Made by a program: the position numbers and the translations under genes. Below are positions 61,222-64,000 of a stretch of DNA of 64,000 nucleotides, one piece after another. Numbering within the stretch: the first letter of the stretch is position 1; the number at the start of each line of letters is the position of its first letter. Origin of the DNA: Candidatus Sumerlaeia bacterium. GTDB taxonomy: Bacteria; Sumerlaeota; Sumerlaeia; SLMS01; JANRJK01. The stretch lies in assembly GCA_033764015.1 (NCBI GenBank), contig JANRJK010000053.1, forward strand, positions 1 through 64,000, read 5' to 3'. The notes beneath the pieces were generated by a model. The model did not search any database and had not been told where the DNA came from. It worked only from the letters and a program-made list of their open reading frames with translations.

Positions 61222-64000
61222 ATGATCGTCCGCACGTTCAAACCGCTCTTCCGCCCGGAGGTGATCCGCGACCGGCTGCTGCGCTTCCCGATGCCCCCCG
61301 GCGTCGAGGAGCCGCGCCGGCGCCTGGCGTCGCTCGCGTCGCTGTTCGCCACCGGCGACCCGGGGCGGCTCGGCGAGGAGAACCTCAAGCCCGGCTTCCT
61401 CGCCGACGTGTTCGGCGAGCTGCTGGGATACCGCACGCCGAACCAGGCGCCGGGCGCGCACACGATCGTGCCGGAGTTCGCCCTCCGGACCGGCGGCTTC
61501 GCCGACGCGGTGCTGGGGCGCCAACTAGCCGAGGGGCGCGGCGCGGTGGTCGCCGTCGAGATCAAGGGGCCCCGCGACCCGCTCGACATCCCCCATGGCG
61601 GACGCCGCCTCTCCGCCGTCGAGCAGGGCTTCGACTACGCGATCAACCTCGGCTGCGACTGGATCGTGGTCTCCTCGATGCGCGAGACGCGCCTGTACCA
61701 CAAGGGCGCGGACCGGCTGACGTGCGAGCGTTTCGACCTGGCGCTGCTCGCCACGAACGACCACGCACTGCGCCGCTTCCTCTACATCCTCGGCGCGGAG
61801 CGCGTGCTCGCGCCGGACGGAAGCTGCCACCTCGAGGAGCTGCTCGCGGAGTCGAAGCGCGTCGGCGAGCGCCTCACGCGCGAGTTCTACGAGGAGTTCT
61901 CGCGGCACCGCCTCGAGACGTTCCTGCGCCTGGGCGAGGCGAACCCCGGCGCGGACCGGGTGCGGCTGCTGGCGCTGACGCAGAAGATCCTAGACCGCGT
62001 GCTGTTCTGCGCGTTCGCCGAGGACCGCGGCCTGCTCCCGAAGGACTCGGTGCGCGAGGCCTTCACGTACCGCAACCCGTACACGCCGCAACCGGTGTGG
62101 AATAATTTCCGCGCCCTTTTCCGATTTATCAACGATGGCAATCCCGACCTGAATATCCCGCGCTATAATGGCGGATTATTCGCCCCGGACCCGGAGATCG
62201 ACGCGCTGGCGGTGCCGGACATGGCATGCTCGGCGTTCCCGGAGCTGGCGCGCTACGACTTCCGCGAGCTCGACACCGGGGGCGAGGAGGCGCTGGCGTT
62301 CGAGACGAACGGGCGCGAGGGCGTCATCGACGTCGAAATCCTCGGCCACATCTTCGAGCAGTCGATCACGGACCTCGAGCGGCTGCGCCTGGAGATCGAG
62401 GAGACGGGGCGCCTCGAGCCGCCGGACCCGAAGCGGGCGAAGGCGAAGCGCAAGAAGGAGGGCGCGTTCTACACGCCGCGATTCATCACGAGCCACATCG
62501 TCGAGCGCACGCTGGGCCCGGTGCTGGCGGACCGCTGCGAACAGGTCCGCGCGCGGCACCACGCGGAGGCAAAGGGCGCGGCGCGGGCGGCGCTGGCGGA
62601 CCCGGCGGCGGCGGAACCCGCGCTGCTGCGCCCCGCCGCGCGCGAGGCGCTGGTGCGCTTCTGGCGCGAATGGCGGGACGAACTGGGCACCATCCGCGTG
62701 CTCGACCCCGCCTGCGGCTCCGGCGCCTTCCTCATCGAGGTCTACGACCAGCTCCTCGCCGCGTACCGCGACGCGAACGCGCGCCTCGAGGCGCTGGGCT
62801 GCGACCCCGAGCTGTTCGACCTGAGCCGCCGCATCCTCGAACGGAACCTCTACGGGGTGGACGTGAACAGCGAGGCGGTCGAGATCTGCCGGCTCTCGCT
62901 CTGGATCAAGACGGCGGAGCGCGGCAAGATCCTGACGGACCTGGACCACACGATCCGGCGCGGGAACTCGATCGTGGACGATCCGGCGCTGCACCCGTGG
63001 GCGCTCGATTGGCGCGCGGCGTTCCCCGAGGTGTTCGAGGGGGGCGGCTTCGACGCGGTGGTGGGTAACCCGCCCTACATCCGGCAGGAGTGGATCGCGG
63101 CGTACAAGGAGCACCTGAAGTCGCGGTACGCGTCATTTTCGGGGACGGCGGATATCTACATTTATTTCATCGAGCGCGGCCTCGATTTACTGCGCGAAGG
63201 CGGTCGGCTCGGGTTCATCACGAGCGGCACCTTCGCGCGCGGCAATTTCGCGGCGCCTTTCCGCAAGTGGCTGCCGGGCGTGGCGCGGTTTTCCTCGCTG
63301 GTGAATTTCGGCGAAAACCAGCCGTTCGAGGGCGCCGAGATGGTCTACCCCACCATGTTCACGCTGGAGAAGCGCACCGGCCCCGCGACGTTCCCGACGC
63401 TGTTCCTCGACGAGAAGATTCCGAAGGACATCTCGAAGACCATGGAGGAGCACCAGCTCCCCTGCGACGAATCGGTCTTCGAGTCGGAGGAGTGGAAGTT
63501 CCAGCCGAAGGACGTCACGGCGCTCTTCCGAAAGCTGTCGGGCGCGGGCGTGCCGCTCGCCGAAGCGGTGAAGGGGCGCATCTACTACGGCATCAAGACC
63601 GGCTTGAACGAGGCGTTCATCATCGACACGCCGACGCGCGACGCGCTGGTGGCGGCTGATGCGCGGTCGGCGGAGATCATCCGCCCGATCCTGAAGGGCG
63701 AGGACCTGCGCCCGTGGCATCAGGACTGGGAGGGGAACCATCTGCTCGCGATTCCTTCCGGGATGACTCGCCAACTCGCTGGGCCCGACGTGGACGAGTG
63801 CGGTGGCTGGCGTTGGTTCGCCACCGAGTTCCACGCTGTGGCCGAACACCTCGCGCGGCACGAGACGACGGCGCGGCTTCGACAGGACAAGGGCGACTTC
63901 TGGTGGGAATTGCGGCCGTGCAGCTATTATTCGGAGTTCGACCAGCCGAAAATCCTCTGGCCGGACATTCAGAAACTGCCGCGTTTTTCTTGGGACGCGA
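61222..64000 (+). CDS. Type IIG (Eco57I/TaqI-like) fused restriction endonuclease-methyltransferase, 3' end beyond window
   Basis: Read manually (absent from the ORF track because there is no stop): FADAVLG..VEIKG nuclease, YNGGLF, GAFYTP, VLDPACGSGAFL, VVGNPPY, GIKTGLNEAF, KILWPDI. Confidence 0.93.
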   Translation, partial: MIVRTFKPLFRPEVIRDRLLRFPMPPGVEEPRRRLASLASLFATGDPGRLGEENLKPGFLADVFGELLGYRTPNQAPGAHTIVPEFALRTGGFADAVLGRQLAEGRGAVVAVEIKGPRDPLDIPHGGRRLSAVEQGFDYAINLGCDWIVVSSMRETRLYHKGADRLTCERFDLALLATNDHALRRFLYILGAERVLAPDGSCHLEELLAESKRVGERLTREFYEEFSRHRLETFLRLGEANPGADRVRLLALTQKILDRVLFCAFAEDRGLLPKDSVREAFTYRNPYTPQPVWNNFRALFRFINDGNPDLNIPRYNGGLFAPDPEIDALAVPDMACSAFPELARYDFRELDTGGEEALAFETNGREGVIDVEILGHIFEQSITDLERLRLEIEETGRLEPPDPKRAKAKRKKEGAFYTPRFITSHIVERTLGPVLADRCEQVRARHHAEAKGAARAALADPAAAEPALLRPAAREALVRFWREWRDELGTIRVLDPACGSGAFLIEVYDQLLAAYRDANARLEALGCDPELFDLSRRILERNLYGVDVNSEAVEICRLSLWIKTAERGKILTDLDHTIRRGNSIVDDPALHPWALDWRAAFPEVFEGGGFDAVVGNPPYIRQEWIAAYKEHLKSRYASFSGTADIYIYFIERGLDLLREGGRLGFITSGTFARGNFAAPFRKWLPGVARFSSLVNFGENQPFEGAEMVYPTMFTLEKRTGPATFPTLFLDEKIPKDISKTMEEHQLPCDESVFESEEWKFQPKDVTALFRKLSGAGVPLAEAVKGRIYYGIKTGLNEAFIIDTPTRDALVAADARSAEIIRPILKGEDLRPWHQDWEGNHLLAIPSGMTRQLAGPDVDECGGWRWFATEFHAVAEHLARHETTARLRQDKGDFWWELRPCSYYSEFDQPKILWPDIQKLPRFSWDA

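Overview
High-GC bacterial chromosome segment (core genes about 70% GC from spot counts), probably origin-proximal because it carries parA-parB and a perfect parS. Left to right: (1) 1-5416, a lower-GC heavy-metal efflux pair (CzcA/CusA-type RND pump and P1B-ATPase). (2) 6056-25853, a ~19.8 kb tyrosine-integrase island inserted in tRNA-Asn(GTT) with a 47-bp att duplication. It carries a primase-associated helicase-like gene and defence-type cargo: a coiled-coil/TM protein, a wHTH+HEPN pair, a type III R-M operon with a DisA_N/diadenylate-cyclase-like gene between mod and res, an HTH-WCX regulator lacking the WYL domain, and two DUF1232 genes. An island-specific imperfect palindromic repeat punctuates the cargo modules. 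(3) An orphan HsdR-N nuclease behind a decayed copy of the acnA 5' end, then acnA, a lipoprotein and maf. (4) A ~50% GC islet (Trypco1, trypsin-like protease, putative degenerate cyclase-fold protein) that truncates an antitoxin-like gene. (5) hppA flanked by a duplicated SIMPL 3' end. (6) Housekeeping genes: uvrD/pcrA, two Ser/Thr kinases, ispF, zinc-ribbon protein, S9 peptidase, tlpA, tolQRA-like, parBA/parS, tRNA-Gln, short glmU, prs, rplY. (7) A type IIG R-M gene running off the right end. All protein calls come from motif recognition by eye; no database searches were run.
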